Origin: the human T2T-CHM13v2.0 reference genome, Homo sapiens
Reading direction: 5' to 3' (one strand)
DNA: 64,000 nt
Assembly: GCF_009914755.1 (NCBI RefSeq)
Contig: NC_060933.1
The notes beneath the pieces were generated by a model. That model was given only the letters and a program-made list of their open reading frames with translations, was not told the origin of the DNA and searched no databases. The translations under genes were made by a program, and so were the position numbers. Every line of letters starts with the position of its first letter. Position 1 is the first letter of the stretch. Below are positions 1 through 16,420 of the stretch, one piece after another.

Positions 1-109
1 CACTAGGAACATCCTGAGGGTTCCCTAAACAGAATACTTCTCAACGTAAATCCCTCCAATGGCATCCTGCCACATGCAGGATAAAAAGCTACACTCCTTA
101 CTGGGCTAA

Positions 110-603
110 CAATGACAAAATAATGGCTCCTCAAAGATGTCCACATCCTAAGCCCCAGAAGCCATGAAGATGTTATCTTACATAGCAAAGGTTGCAGATG
201 GAATTAAGGTCACTCATCAGCTAACTGAAAAAGGACGATCATCCCGGATTATCCATGTGGGCCCTGGGTCCTTACAGAGTCATTGAAGGGGAAGGGGGAA
301 CAAGGGTGATGGCAGCCTGAGAGAGGCTTAGGCTGACATGGATATCACTGGTTTTGAGCTGGAGGATGGAGGAAGGGGCCATAAGCTGCAGAATGCAGGA
401 GTCCTCTAGAAACTGGGGAAGGCAAGGAAACAAACACTGCCCTAGAGCCTCCAGAAAGGAACCAGCCCTGCAGACACCTTGGTCTTAATCCAGTGAGACC
501 TGTGTCAGACGTTTGATCTACAGAACTGTAAGGTAATACGTTTATATTGTTTTATTCACTAAGTTTGTGGTCATTTGTTACAGCAGCCCTAGGAAGCCAA
601 TAT
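110..603 (+). mobile_element. MaLR solo LTR (MLT1D-like)
   Basis: gatgtccacatcctaagccccagaagc... through ...tttgttacagcagccctaggaagccaatata, typical MLT1 ends. Confidence 0.7.
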
Positions 604-689
604 AAAGCATGTAGGATTTGATCCTGACCTTGGCTTGAGCCCTTCTCACCCTGGCTTCACATGCTCTGGGCAGACTGATTTTCTCACTC

Positions 690-1060
690 TTCCCCAATAT
701 ACCAGGCTGGTTGCTACCTCAGGACCTTTGCACTAGCTGTTCTTTCTGCCTGCACAATTTGGTCATCCCTCATCTTTGCATGGCTCAACCTCCTAGCCAA
801 TCCATCAATCACAGGTGAGCACATCCTCACACATGTCTTCCTTGATCTCCCAGCTAAGGTGCCACACAGTCACTGTCCTCATGCCATGATGATCTGTTCC
901 TCACAGCATCCACGAGCTGGCAGGGGAAGTAGAATGGATGCAGCACCGGCTCAAGGCTCAGTGCCTCTCAGGTGCTTTCATCAGCCTCCCTCACCTGGAT
1001 GTACTCTTGTTAATTCCATCTTTTATTCGGTTGCTATTTTGTCTGTTCCTCCCTGATAGT
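690..1060 (+). mobile_element. L2 fragment
   Basis: cctcaggacctttgcactagctgttc motif typical of the L2 3' region. Confidence 0.5.
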
Positions 1061-2581
1061 CTGTAAACAACCTCACCAGCCTCATGTAGGGACCAGTGGA
1101 ATGGTTTAGATGAAATGAATTTTACTTTCCATACTTTACATAACCATTAATAAATGGTTATGGAATAAATGGATCTTCCTGCTGTAATCAAGTGAAAAGG
1201 CAGAATATACTGAGGGTGACTTCTAGCTCTACAGGTGCATGATTCCATGTCGTGAGCAGTAATATACTTTAATCTCCCTTTGCTTGTGAAAAAATATCTA
1301 CCTCGCTTGGGAATCAATGGCTTAAAATAATGTCTCTGCTGAGGCAGGGTGTTGTCCTGCAGGAGTGAGGCAAGGTGTGGAAGAGGAAGGTGGGGAGGTG
1401 AGGACTGCTGGTCTCAGAGCTCCAGTTCTGACTCGATATGACTTGGGAAAATGCACCTGCGCAGGCACACCTATCCCACATGTCACACAGACATGTGCAT
1501 GCACAGATATAAACACTGTCACTCCTGGTTACTTTTATTTCTATCTGCCATCCTTGTGGCCATAGTCACTATTTTCCTCTTTGTACTTTTCCTTTTTACT
1601 CTGGTGGTTTGAAACTCAAACCTAAGCCTAGTTTCATCGGCTCCCTAACACCTGAGCCTGGTAAAGACAGGAGCCCCTCAGCTCCCAGCTACATTGTAAC
1701 ATTCCACATATTCAGCATGGCTGCAAAAAGGGGCTGAGATAGAACCTCCAGGACAATGTCCAGGACAATGGATCCCTGGAGGTCCCTGGTGGTCCCCACA
1801 GACCTCACTTTCCCAGAAGCAGAAGAGGGGCAGTTAAAATCTCAAGAGTATAGTTTTAGAAACACAATTGTTTTACCTCCCAGCGATGGTTGATCTTGTA
1901 ACAACCATATTTGAGACTGCTGCCTTGTAATTAATGCTATAAAATTCATTTAACAATATTAATTCTTCCAATTCATTAAGACAGATATCTTCCCATTTCT
2001 GTGTGTCTTCTTCAATTTCTTTCGTCAATGTTTTATAGTTTTTAGTTATAGATCTTTCACCTCCTTGGTTAAATTCATTCCAAGGTATTTTTTGTTGCTA
2101 TTGTAAATGGGATTGTTTTCTTGATTTCTTTTTTGAATAATTTGTTGTTAGCATATAAGAAATGCTACTGATTTTTGTAGGCTGATTTTTTTATCCTGCA
2201 ACTTATTAATTCTCAGCTTTTAGGTGGCATCCTTATGGTTTTCTATATGTAAGATCATGTCATCTGCAAACAAAGACAATTTTACTTCTCTATATTTCTA
2301 GTTTGGATGCCTTTTTCCTTGCCTAATTGCTCTGGCTAGGACTTCCAGTACTATATTGAATAGAAGTGGTAAGAATGAGCATTCTTGTCTTGTTCCTGGT
2401 CTTACAAGAGATTCAATGCAATCCCTATCAAAATTCCAAGAACATTTTTTCACAGAAATAAAAAAAAATCCTAAAACCTATATGGAACTATAAAACACTT
2501 CAAATAGCCAAAGCAATCTTGAGCAAAAAGAATGAAGCTGTAGGCATCACACTACCTGGTTTTAAAACACACTGCAAAGCT

Positions 2582-3076
2582 GTTGAAGGAGTAAAGAATA
2601 TGCCACCCCAAAATATGTTGCTCTGGCCTGTTGACCATGTAGAATCAAAGGCACTTTTTAACACAGCAGGTACAAGAAGATCATTCTGACCTTCATTCTG
2701 TTTCTGAAAAGCAAGAGATAGAATTTCTGTAGAAAAATGTCCTTCCTATACCACAAGGAAAGTAAAATTCTTCTTATGTAGGACAGGAAGTTGAAGCTGA
2801 GGAATTCTGTACAAACAAATCTTGTTAAACTAACCCTTATCTTCCTACTTCTAGGACTTTCTCTACCCAATTGACTCAGTTTACCACACCTTTGTCTAAT
2901 TCGGTATATACGTGTTTGACTCTAACTGCTCCTTTCAGTCTTCATTTCCTTGTGAAGTTTCCTCATATACTTGTATGCTTTTCTCCTGTTAAATCCGTCT
3001 TGTGTCAATGTAATTCTTAGACCTAGCCAAAAATAAAATCCTAAATGGGAAAAGGTAAAGTTTTGTCTCCCCTACA
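2582..3076 (+). mobile_element. ERV1 solo LTR (MER34-like) nested in L1
   Basis: tg...gaatatgccaccccaaaatatg start and ttgtctcccctaca end; L1 sequence resumes afterwards. Confidence 0.65.
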
Positions 3077-3330
3077 CTCTCATAATCAAAGCAGCTTGGT
3101 ACCGACCTAAAGACAGACACACAGACCAATGAAACAGAATAGAGAGCCCAGAAATAAACCCACACATTGATAGTCGATTGTATTCAACACAGGTGCCAAG
3201 AACACACAATGGGAAGGAATAGTCTCTCCTATAAATGGTGTTGGGACAACTGGATATTCACATGCAGAGAGATGAAATTGAACCCTTATCTCACAACATG
3301 TGCAAAATAAACTGAAAATGGACTAAAGAC

Positions 3331-3694
3331 TGATATGGTTTGGCTCTGTTTTTCCGCACCTAAATCTCATCTCAAATTGTAATCCCCATGTGTTGAGGGA
3401 GAGACTCTGCGGGAGGTGATTGGATCATGGGGGCCGTTTCCCCCATGCTGTTCTCATGATAGTGAGGAAGTTCTTACAAGAGCTGATGGTTTTAAAGTGT
3501 GCCTCTTCCTCGCTCTCTCTCTCTCCTGTCATCGTGTGAGACGTGCCTTGCTTCCCCTTTGCCTTTTGCCATGATTGTAAGTTTCCTGAGGCCTCCTCAG
3601 CCACATGGAACTGTGAGTCAATTAAACCTCTTTTCTTCATAAATTACTCAATCTCTGGTAGTATCTTTATAGCAGTGTGAGAACAGATTAATAC
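3331..3694 (-). mobile_element. MaLR solo LTR (MST family) nested in L1
   Basis: tgatatggtttggctctgt ... gaacagattaataca termini, with ctcatctcaaattgtaatcccc core. Confidence 0.85.
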
Positions 3695-4873
3695 AGAGAT
3701 TTAAACACAAGACCTGAAACCATAAAACTACTAGAAGAAAATATAGGGGGAAAGCTTCTTTACATCGGGGAGGCAAAGAGTTTTAGGATATGACTCCAAA
3801 AGCACGAAGAGGTTGTCAAGCAGACAAGATAGACACCTCACACCAATTAGATGGCTACGATCAAGCAGACAAGATCAAGATAACAGGGGTTCCTTGGGAT
3901 GTGGAGAATAGGGAGCCCTTGAATACTCTCTATGGAAATGTAAATTAGTGTAAACACTATGGAAAATAGTCTGGAAGTTCCTCAAAAAATTAAAGCTAGA
4001 ACTGCCATATGATCCAGCAATTCCAATTCTGAGTGCATATTCAAAGGACATGAAATCAGCACCTCGAAGACCTATCTGTTCTTCCATCTTCATTGCAGCT
4101 TCATTCACAACAGCCAAGATAAGGAATCAACCTAAGTGTCCACTACTGGATGAATGGATAAAGAAATGTGGCACCTACATAAGAGGAAATACTATTTTGC
4201 CTTAAAAAAGAAAAACATCTTGTCATTTTTTACATGAATGAACCTGGAGGACATTATGTTAAGTAAATAAGTCAGGCACAGAAAGACAAATACTGCATGA
4301 TCTCACTGATGTATGGAATCTAAAAAAGTTAAACTCATAGAAGTAGAGAGTAGAGTGGAGGTACTAGGGTCTGGGGAGTGAGGAAAATGGGGAGATATTG
4401 GTCAAAGGGTACAAAGTTTTAGTTAGGCAGGAAGAATACATTGTGAAGATTTATCATACAGCATGGTGGCTATAGTTCATATTAATGTAGTGTATACTTG
4501 AAAATTGCTAAGACAATATTCTCACCACAAAAATGTGATAAGTAGATGAGGTGATGGATATAGTCATTAGCTTGATTTGATGATTTCACAATGTATAAAT
4601 ATACCAAAATACCATGTTGTACACCATAAATATATACAATTTTTACTTGCCTGTTATTTCTTAATAAAGCTGGGGGCAAAATACATTTTGAAGTTACCAT
4701 CAATCCTGGATGTTAGAGCTTCTCTGCTGGGCTCAGTCATGCCTGACTGGTGAATACTGTCCCCTTCAGCCCCAGAGAAGGGGAGGCCTGAGTTGAGGCC
4801 CGGCTTCAACTCAGGCAAGTGAGAGGTCCAGCTTCCCCACCAGACTCTCCAAAGCATTTGGCACTGATGTCTT

Positions 4874-5254
<381 letters not shown>

Positions 5255-5789
5255 TAGTAGCAATGAGAAACGTTCCACAAAATCAAGTTGGATAATAAAT
5301 ATGAGTTTCTGGAATACAGGGGGAACTTGGAGAGGACCTTCATAAATAATGAGTGATATACTGTGCCCCTGGCAGAGATCTTTCAGCTGGCAAGATCGAA
5401 TGAGATCAAAACTCGTTCCCCTTCAGCAGTGGGAGGCAGGAAACAGAAAGTCTCAGGACATCTTGTGAGGGGACCCTCCCACGGATTAAATGTAATGAAG
5501 TAAACATACAAAGTCACCCTGTACTACCTGCAATGAGCCTCCCATTTCGGCACGGCTGACTCCATGTCACTCTCGGGTAATACACACAAATCCTGCAAGT
5601 GACTTGTGCCATCACTCTCTCCTGTCTGAATTCTGTCAGGTGTGCCGCCTGCGAGGGCAGACTTTCAGGCCTTCCCTGGCATCCTGTCCCAGCTTTCAGC
5701 TTAGAGCGCTGGCAGGAGCAGGTTGTCCTGTGCCACGCAGCTTCTGTGTCCTTAGAGGACCTATATTGCTAATCACTGTGAAGTGTTGA

Positions 5790-6406
<617 letters not shown>

Positions 6407-7618
6407 TGAGGAACACTCTTCACAGTCTACCTTCTGCAAAAGGCTTTAGGAGAGAATGCTACTCAGAAATCCTTCCAGTGCAGAACACATCTCAGAGAGA
6501 GCATGCACTAAATAAAGTGAGGAGAGAGAACCCCATAAACAAATTCACAGATTAACCTGAATGTCAACTTTTCGTTTAACCCTATGCCAAAGCCAAACAT
6601 TGCTGCTTCAAGAGTCATGATTGAAAAGTGTCCAAAATGGGGCCCATCCTGGTTTCGTGATGGAATTTATTCCCATGCTGTTTGCTTCTCCTGATTGCAT
6701 TGTCCTCATCTATCATTTCAAAGTACCTTCAAATTTAATTTTTTTTTTAAAGGGACGTGTATTCGTAGTGTCAGAGGACAGTCCGAGCATTCCTTTGTTA
6801 TAATTTGTAACGTTAATATGGCATTGTACCAGCCAGCTGGGTAGACAGAGACCTGTCCTCTCTGTGGGCCCCAGCTCTGGGTCCTGGGGCAGGACACTGG
6901 CCTTGCCCATTGCCCCACGCTTTCATGTCTGGCCATCTTTCCAGAGAGGAAACCCCTCCTGGAAGTATGATCAACTGGCCTTGTCACTATAGCTGGCCAC
7001 ATCCCGCCCTGATCAAGGCCATTCTAGGAAGCCTTTGACCTCAGTTCCTGATATCCCATCCAGTGTGGGAGGTGGACTGCCTTCCCTCTGCCCCAACATG
7101 GGTTTTGTTTGGGGCCAGGATTCTACCTGCACCTTCCTGGGAGCCACCTACAGTGCTGTTATCAGCTCTCACACAGCCAGGCTACCCTGTGGCAGATTCC
7201 CCACCTCTCGGCTGGCCAAAATGCTTCACCGTCACCTTGGATCTCATGGTTCATGGTTATGTCCTTCCTGTAACTCACCTCAGAGTTTATGTTTCACCCT
7301 GATTAGGACAGCTGAGTCCGGGTGCATCACATTCCTGCCAATGCATGTGGTTCCTCTAGGGCCAGCCCCTGCTCCGGGCACTTGGCCCCAAATCCTGCAG
7401 CAAGCTTACCTCTGCCCACACCATCATCCTCCGCTACTGCTGCACCCCACGGCGTGGTCTGGCCATGTTTGCTCTTTGTTCTTCCTGGGTCACATGCCCT
7501 CAAGGCTGCTCAGAGTCCTGCACTAGGGGGCTTCCTCCGGGGCTTCTGGCCACCAGCTGTCATTTCCAGCCATCCCCAGGATCCTGCTCAGTGAAATCTT
7601 CTTTAGATGTTTGTGTTA

Positions 7619-7957
<339 letters not shown>

Positions 7958-8659
7958 CAAATTGTCCTCTGCAGTCACAGGAGCACCGAGGGGCCCTTGT
8001 TGCCACGACTTTCAGGTAAGAAGCAGAACCCCAGGATGCAGTGGGCTGTTGTGTGGTCTCCCTGATGTCCTGGAATGTCCCGGCCAATTTGACGGTTTTT
8101 CTCTCCAGTGCATCCTCCCTGACCAGCCAGCTCTTCCCTCCCCAGCGCTTGCCCTGCACTGACTCTGAAAGCTTGTTGTTCCATTTACTGTTTACACTCA
8201 CTTTATTTCATAGAGTAAAAGGTGCTTCTCAAACATAAGTTTATGTTGTTCGCCTTCAGCTCCCCCTGTATTCTCTCACCATGTCTTCAGCATGGAGAAG
8301 CAGGAACCTAAACATGGGAAGTGTTTTGACTTTCAAAAAAGCCCATAGTGAAGGCTCTGTTTATTTGCTTTGAAAATGATAATCATCAGTCCACACACCT
8401 GCAAAGAATCATGGGCAGGAAAAAAAATAATTATAAATACAGCTGGATTTTAATAAAATAAGCAAAACAATTCCCACAATCTTTACTCAGTAAGCAGAAT
8501 TTTTAGGACTGAAATAGACAGATGTATGTACCTATGTATGAAGCTTATATGCCTAAGTAAATTGATATATATGTCGGTTTGAGAGGACTATGTTGAATTT
8601 ACAAGTATGCACTCATGCATACCTGTGTCATACGCGTGTGTTGAATGCATGTATATATG

Positions 8660-8980
8660 CTGTTGTCTATTCAGTTAGGGATGTCCATTGGACATGTAGA
8701 GTCTGGAGTTCAGGGAGGGTTGAGGCGGGGGGTCTCTAGGTAGCATTTGGCAGGACATAGGTGAGATTTAAAGCCCAGGGATGAAAGTGGAGGACAGAAA
8801 GGTGGAGACTGAGCCCCGGGGGCTGCAGGGGTGGAGTAGCCAGATGAGGGAGGGATCCAGCCAAGGAGTCTGGAAGGAGCTGCAGTAAGGCAGGGAAGGT
8901 GAGGGAGGGCCACTCCATCCATGAAGAGTATTTCCAGAAGCTGGATGCGGCCACCCATGTTAAACCCTCTGACAGGTCAG
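8660..8980 (-). mobile_element. L2 fragment
   Basis: gatgtccattggacatgtagagtctggagttcaggg... L2-like. Confidence 0.5.
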
Positions 8981-10214
8981 ACAGTCTGGTAGGACGGTGG
9001 GAACCAAAGCCTGACCCCAGCGGATCCCAGGGAGAATGGAGGAGAAGCAGCAGGGGTTTCGGCAGCATCTACTCTCCACAGACAGACAGAGGGCCATCCC
9101 CCACATGCTGAGCACTACCAAGATCCAGCCAGGAGAAAGGGAGCTGGTGACCATGCATCAGAGCAGGGGACATACAGCAGCCAGGCCACTGACCAAGAGT
9201 GACGGATGGCTCAGGAGCCCACGGTGAGTCTGGCCAGGGAAGTTTTGGGAGTCTCTCCACTTCAGCAGGGAGGAAGGCACCGTCTGGGACACAGCCAGTG
9301 GTTGGTGGACAAGATGTGGGAGCCTGTAACTGGTCCCTTTTGTTATATTCTACTTTCCCAGTGAAAAATGAGCCAGGTTCTCAGCTGCAAGTGATGAGAA
9401 GGGCGAGGGCATAGGGCATTCGAGTACGAAGGAGAGGTGAAGTGATTGTGTCTGCGCGGGTTGAATGAAGGGATCAGGGAAAGTTGTCACCTCTCAGGGC
9501 TATGCTGACTTGGGAGTGTAACATGAGACTAGTTAGCAAGAATTCTAGAGTTTCCTCCACCTGCACTGGGCTGCTTGGAGGCAGGAATGAAGTAAGCACA
9601 GAGTTTGATTAAACCAAGTTCAAATATCTGCCAAGGACCCCACAGGTGACAGGAGAAGGGAGGGTGTAAGTTGTAGCAGGGACAGGCAACAGGGATTTAT
9701 GATAATGCACGATGGACTCTTACCTGGGGGGATGGCAGGTGAGGATGTGCAGGGAGGTCGATGGCAGCACGTGGGTGGCAGGAATGTATTGAAAGATGAC
9801 ACTGTCCTGGCCTGCACCCAGAGGTGCTGGCTAATGGGTGTGGAGTGGCCCGAGCGTGGTATATGCAGGAGGGTTTCAAGATGCAGCTCTGTTGAGAGTT
9901 GCAGAGGCCACACAGGAGAGTGAGGGCAGGGTGGAAGTTTCTGGATCCACAGGGTCCAGAGATGAAGGTCAGGCAAAGACCATGATTAGCAACTATGTAG
10001 GTAGATGGAGATGCAGGCTCAGGTGAGCTAAAGCTGGTGGGTGAGCCTAGAGCAGACGCTCAGCCCTGCTTGCCTGGGGAAAAGTTAACAGGTGTCCCTG
10101 CAATTCACCCTCCCCCACACCCCCAGGCACACTGGTTCCACTGATCTGGGCTGTGCCCTGGACCTAGGAGTGTGAATAGCTCCCCAGATGTTTCTGCGCA
10201 CAGGCTGAGAACAG

Positions 10215-10380
10215 CTCCAGCTCAGAGCTTGTTCTACCTCAGTGTTCCCAGGAAACTCCTGTGGGGTCTCCTTAAAATGCAGATTCTGGTGCAGGAGTCC
10301 AGGTGGGCGGGGCCAGGGACTCTGCCTTTCTTAGGAGCTCCCAGGTGCTGTCTGCTGTGGGTACTTTGAGGAGCAAGGCC
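10215..10380. mobile_element. hAT-Charlie MITE (MER5-like)
   Basis: cttaaaatgcagattctgg...ggggccagggactctgc core. Confidence 0.5.
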
Positions 10381-10395
10381 TTAGAGAGAGTGTTC

Positions 10396-11368
<973 letters not shown>

Positions 11369-12217
11369 GTGTTCTTGACAAAGCATGTTTCTGCCTGACT
11401 GCCCATGCCAGTCCACACAAAAAGACCTCCAAGTACGCTTGCCATTGATGGACAATATACATGTTTATAGAAAGCAAGCAAAGAAGCTACGGTTTCTAAA
11501 ACATTCCGCAAGAGTGAGCGCATTGTTGTCCACCCACCACAGTCTGCCTCCGTCCCTGGCGCAGAGCTCCAGGGGCCCAGAGGGTGGCGTTTCTAGCAGC
11601 CTCAGCGGTCAGCCCAGGCCAGGCCTCCCCAGGCCTCTGCCTTCCTTCCCTATGGAAGCTGCGGAGGAAGCACCTCCTCACTGTGGGCACGCTGGAACCC
11701 CAGGGAGAGGCTGCCTGGTCACACCAGAGTGAAGTAACTGACCAAACTCAGCAGGGAAGGGCAACAGGAAGCCCAGAACCAACCTGTGCCTGCCATTCCC
11801 GACTCCCCGCGGCCCTCACACAGCTTCTCCACCTCTGAGCCCTTGAGGTCAGCTTCTGGGGCATTAGTTTGCTTTGGGTGAAGCTGTGGTGGGGACCAGG
11901 CTTCTGTGTGGAGGGTGCTAAGGGCCAGAGGTAGCAGCAACAGCTTTTCCCCAGAGTGTCTCTCTGGATGTCGCTGGTGGTTTCAGGGCTGCTTGATTCC
12001 TGGCTAGGTAGTGTCCAGGCTGGGTCTCTGTTCCAGAACTTGTGGAAGCCAACTAATATAATTTACTAAGACCCATCCAGTTTTTTTCTTTTTTTAAAGT
12101 GGATTTTGTTGTCTGCAACCAAGAACTCTGACCAATGTTTCATCCTTCAGGTTCTGAGACATCACTACACTGGGGAGATACCAGCACACACCTCAGTGCC
12201 AGGGCCCAACGGCATGA

Positions 12218-12447
12218 AGCATTTGCACCCAGCATTGCACACGCAGCATTTACAGCCTGCATCATACATGTAGCATTCACACTCTGCATTATACATGCAT
12301 CGCCTACACCCAGGGTATGATACACCCTGCAGCATACGTGTTTCACTTACATCCTGTATCACACATGCAGCATATATACTCTGCATCATACATGTATCAT
12401 TTTCACGCTGCACTGCACATGCAGCATTTGCACACTTTATTGTACAT
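12218..12447. repeat. Degenerate ~27-bp minisatellite
   Basis: Units gcagcatttacagcctgcatcatacat / gtagcattcacactctgcattatacat / gcagcatatatactctgcatcatacat; about 8 copies. Confidence 0.8.
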
Positions 12448-13524
12448 GTTAATTATAGGCTGTCTGCCTCCCACATGTTTTTGACAGCAGAGCCTGCTCT
12501 TTTCACGGCTATACACCCCCTAGAGCCCAGGCTTATCCCTGCCACATGTTTGATGCTTAGTGGGGCCACCTGCCTTTTCCGCCAGCCAAGCATCCTTTCT
12601 TTACTTTTCCCTTGCCCTATGTGGAGCCCAATCGGTTTGGTTTGACTGGGGTGTAACTAAAAATATCCTATTAACTGCACTGTCATACAGGTTCCCAGGC
12701 CCACCCATAGCCTCAGACCCCAAGTCTGTGTTAGGTCTAAGGATCTAGCTCTGTAACTTGGACAGTCTAGACACAGGTGATCCCAGGACCACACTAGGAA
12801 CTAGGCAGATGCTGGTCTTCAACCTCGATCACAAACCTAATTACCTGGGGTTCAAAACCACAAAGCCTGAAATTCGTGTTCAGTTGGGCTGGAGTGTGGT
12901 GAAAGTGCTGCTTTAAGTTCCTCTGAATTTAAATGTGCAGCCACGCTTGTGAACCACTGTGCAGCTTCCAGAGGTCTCACTGCTCCCCGCAGCCCCTCCT
13001 CAGCCCCCTGCCGGTGGGGGGAGTCTCCAAGACCAGCAGTCAGCCTCCAGCCTCTTTTCTCAGCCTCCTCAGACACCTATTAGGTCCTGTTTGGCCTTTT
13101 CTTAGGCCATGGGCGCTTGGAAAATGAGGACGCTGCAACAGCATCAATGCAGGGACACTGATCCAATATATGCAGAAGTGGGGGTGATTGGGACTTATCC
13201 AACAAGTTCCCTGTGCCTGTCTAGGAACCTTAACCACCAGCTTTAAAGAAAATGTCCGCTTGGGATCCTCCCGCCTGCTTCTGCTAGGTGCCACTGCTCA
13301 GGTTGAGCAAAGTCTTATCGAGCCACCTCAGGAAGCTAAGGTCCCCAGCTTCCCTGATTCCACAGGGTCTGACGCTCCAGCCTCATCATTGAAGCCTTGC
13401 TTGTCTAATGCCCCCAGGCCAGGACACCCACCAGCTGTGAAGCCTGCAAAAAGGCCGGGATACCTCCAGGAGCCAGGCGGGGATCCTCAGCATCTCTCCC
13501 TTCCCACTGCCGGCCCCTGCAATG

Positions 13525-15230
13525 CAGACACACACTCACACTTTCACGTGCCATACACACAGTCACACACACCACACGAACACATGCAGACTACACAACA
13601 CACACTCACATACACCACACACAAACACATGCACACAACACACAAACTACACGATGTACACCACACCCCCCACACACAGACTACACAACACACAACAAAG
13701 ACATACACTACACACAAACACATGCACACAACACACACACACAAACTACGCAATGCGCACCACACCCCCACACACACAGACTACACAACACAGAACCCAC
13801 ATTCACATATACCACACACAAACACAGGCACACACCACACAACACACACTATACTAACTACACAATGCACACCACACACACAAACACACAGACTACACAG
13901 CACGCACACAACAAACACATGCAGACTACACAACACACACAAAACACACATCACACATATGCAGACTACACAACACACAACGCATACATGCACCACACAT
14001 AAACACATGCACACACCACACCCCACAACCACCCAACAACCTACACAACACACACACACCACACAAACTACACAACGCACACACACTACACACAAACAGA
14101 TGACACAACACATGCCACACACAAATACATGCAGGCTACACAACACCCACACACATACATACACCACATGCAAACACATCCACACAACACACCATACACA
14201 ACAAACCAACACATGCAGATTAGACAACACACACACCATACAAACACATGCAGACTACACAAAACACACACCTCACACCACACATACACAGACTACACAA
14301 CACACAACCCACTCACATATGCCACACACAAACGCATGCACACACCACACCTCACAACCACCCAACAACCTACACAACACCACACACACACCACACAAAC
14401 TGCACAATGCACACCACACACAAACACACACAGATGACACAACACACACGCACATACCACACACACAGACCACACAACACACATTCACACACCACATACA
14501 CAGACTACACAACACACAACACACCCATACACCACACACAAACACATGCACACAACATACCACACACACACAAACACATACAGATTACACAACATACAAT
14601 ACAGACAACACACAAACATATGCAGACTACACAACACACATTACACAATACAAACATCACACACAAACACATGCAGACTACACAACACACAAAATACAAA
14701 TAAGTGCAGACTATACAACACACACACCACACAAACACATGCATACCACACAATACACACACCATAGACACTACGTACAACAGACACACACCACACACCA
14801 CACAAGCACATGCACACAACACCACACACAACACACTCATGCACCAGACAATACTACACTATACATACACACCACACACCACACTATATCCCACACGCAT
14901 ACCACATACACACACCACACAAGCACACACTACACAACAAAAACCACACACCACACACAACATAGAAACACACACACTACACTACACACAACACACATAC
15001 TACACAACACATACTTATATTCATACATGCACCACACGCACAGGCACACACATTACACACCACACACACATACCACACACACACTACGCACTACACAAAA
15101 CATACATTTTACACACATTCTACACACATTCTTACATTCCCACACAATCACACATGCACAAACATGCACGTGTAAATACAGAGACAGACACACACGTGTA
15201 TGCACTCTCTCACACACACACACACACAGA
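13525..15230. repeat. 1.7-kb degenerate CA-rich simple repeat / VNTR
   Basis: Almost entirely C/A, with a recurrent acatgcagactacacaacacac motif. Confidence 0.95.
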
Positions 15231-15312
15231 TGGCAATGCTCAGAGAGCTGGAACACTCCAGGCTAGCTCCATTTCCCAGCGCCCCTGAGCTGGGGGCTGG
15301 GGTCTGTGCCAC

Positions 15313-15365
15313 ACATGTGCATGTGTGTGTGCGCGCGCGCGCGTGTGTGTGTGTGTGTGTGTGTG
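15313..15365. repeat. (TG)n(CG)n(TG)n alternating purine-pyrimidine tract
   Basis: catgtgcatgtgtgtgtgcgcgcgcgcgcgtgtgtgtgtgtgtgtgtgtgtgt. Confidence 0.95.
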
Positions 15366-15489
15366 TCCTGCAAGCTGGAGGGCAAGCCCCTCCTCTGTCA
15401 GGAGGCCTTTGCCCCACCCTGCATGCTTCCAGTCTTGCTGCCCCTCCATGAGAGCAGCTGTCATACTTGTCACCACTTCTATCTTCTGT

Positions 15490-15625
15490 TCTTCCCTCTC
15501 TCCTAGATTATAGGCTTTTTGAGGACAGATATTTAGTCCCATTCATCACTGTGCTCCCAGTGCCAGTTCTGGGCCTGGCATGGCAACATTAGTTAATGGA
15601 TTAGATAAAGAAATCAATGAATGAT
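15490..15625 (+). mobile_element. L2 3' end
   Basis: cactgtgctcccagtgcc...ggcctggca...aatgaatga. Confidence 0.5.
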
Positions 15626-16067
15626 AGTTGGGAGGGACAGAGAGAGGGAGGGAGAGCAGAAAGTACTTAGTTGCCCAAACCATATGTTCTAGTTTCTTTT
15701 TAAAGGGCCCTGGAATTTACTCTCTATGTGACAGAGTGCATGGCAGAAAGAACACTGATAAATGTAGCAAGTTTATGTTGAAAATTTCATTAAAAGTGAC
15801 AAGAATATAAATATATGTTGCTTGAATAATGAGTGGATCTTATCTTCCACTTTGTGGATGCTCACAGCATGGCTATTGTCCTGCAAATTTAGGAGAGCAT
15901 AATATAATACCAGCAGCAGTACTTAAAAATTCTAGGTTAATACAGAAAACACCTTGCTTTCTTGACATCTGAATCAAATAAGATTGATAGTGGGAGAAAA
16001 ATAAGACTGTTTTCATCTTAAATTCTCTTCCAACATAGTAGAAAATGAATTGAAAATACCAGTAACT

Positions 16068-16420
<353 letters not shown>

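Larger units (their letters stand above)
1945..4680 (+). mobile_element. Old L1 (L1MA-type), 5'-truncated with an inverted 5' segment (1945-2405 on -), interrupted by two LTRs
   Basis: ORF2-derived sequence is antisense to ~2405, then sense from agattcaatgcaatccctatc to the 3' end aataaagctggggg. TSD-like aaaattcattt / aaaatacattt. Confidence 0.8.

Noticed and set aside
12218-12447. CRISPR-like array
   Set aside because: Eukaryotic DNA; units are contiguous degenerate tandem repeats without unique spacers or cas genes.
13188-15266. 692-aa His/Thr-rich ORF and overlapping Cys/Val-rich antisense ORFs
   Set aside because: Artefact of the CA repeat, which rarely generates stop codons. Non-ATG start, no domain, no splice or promoter context.
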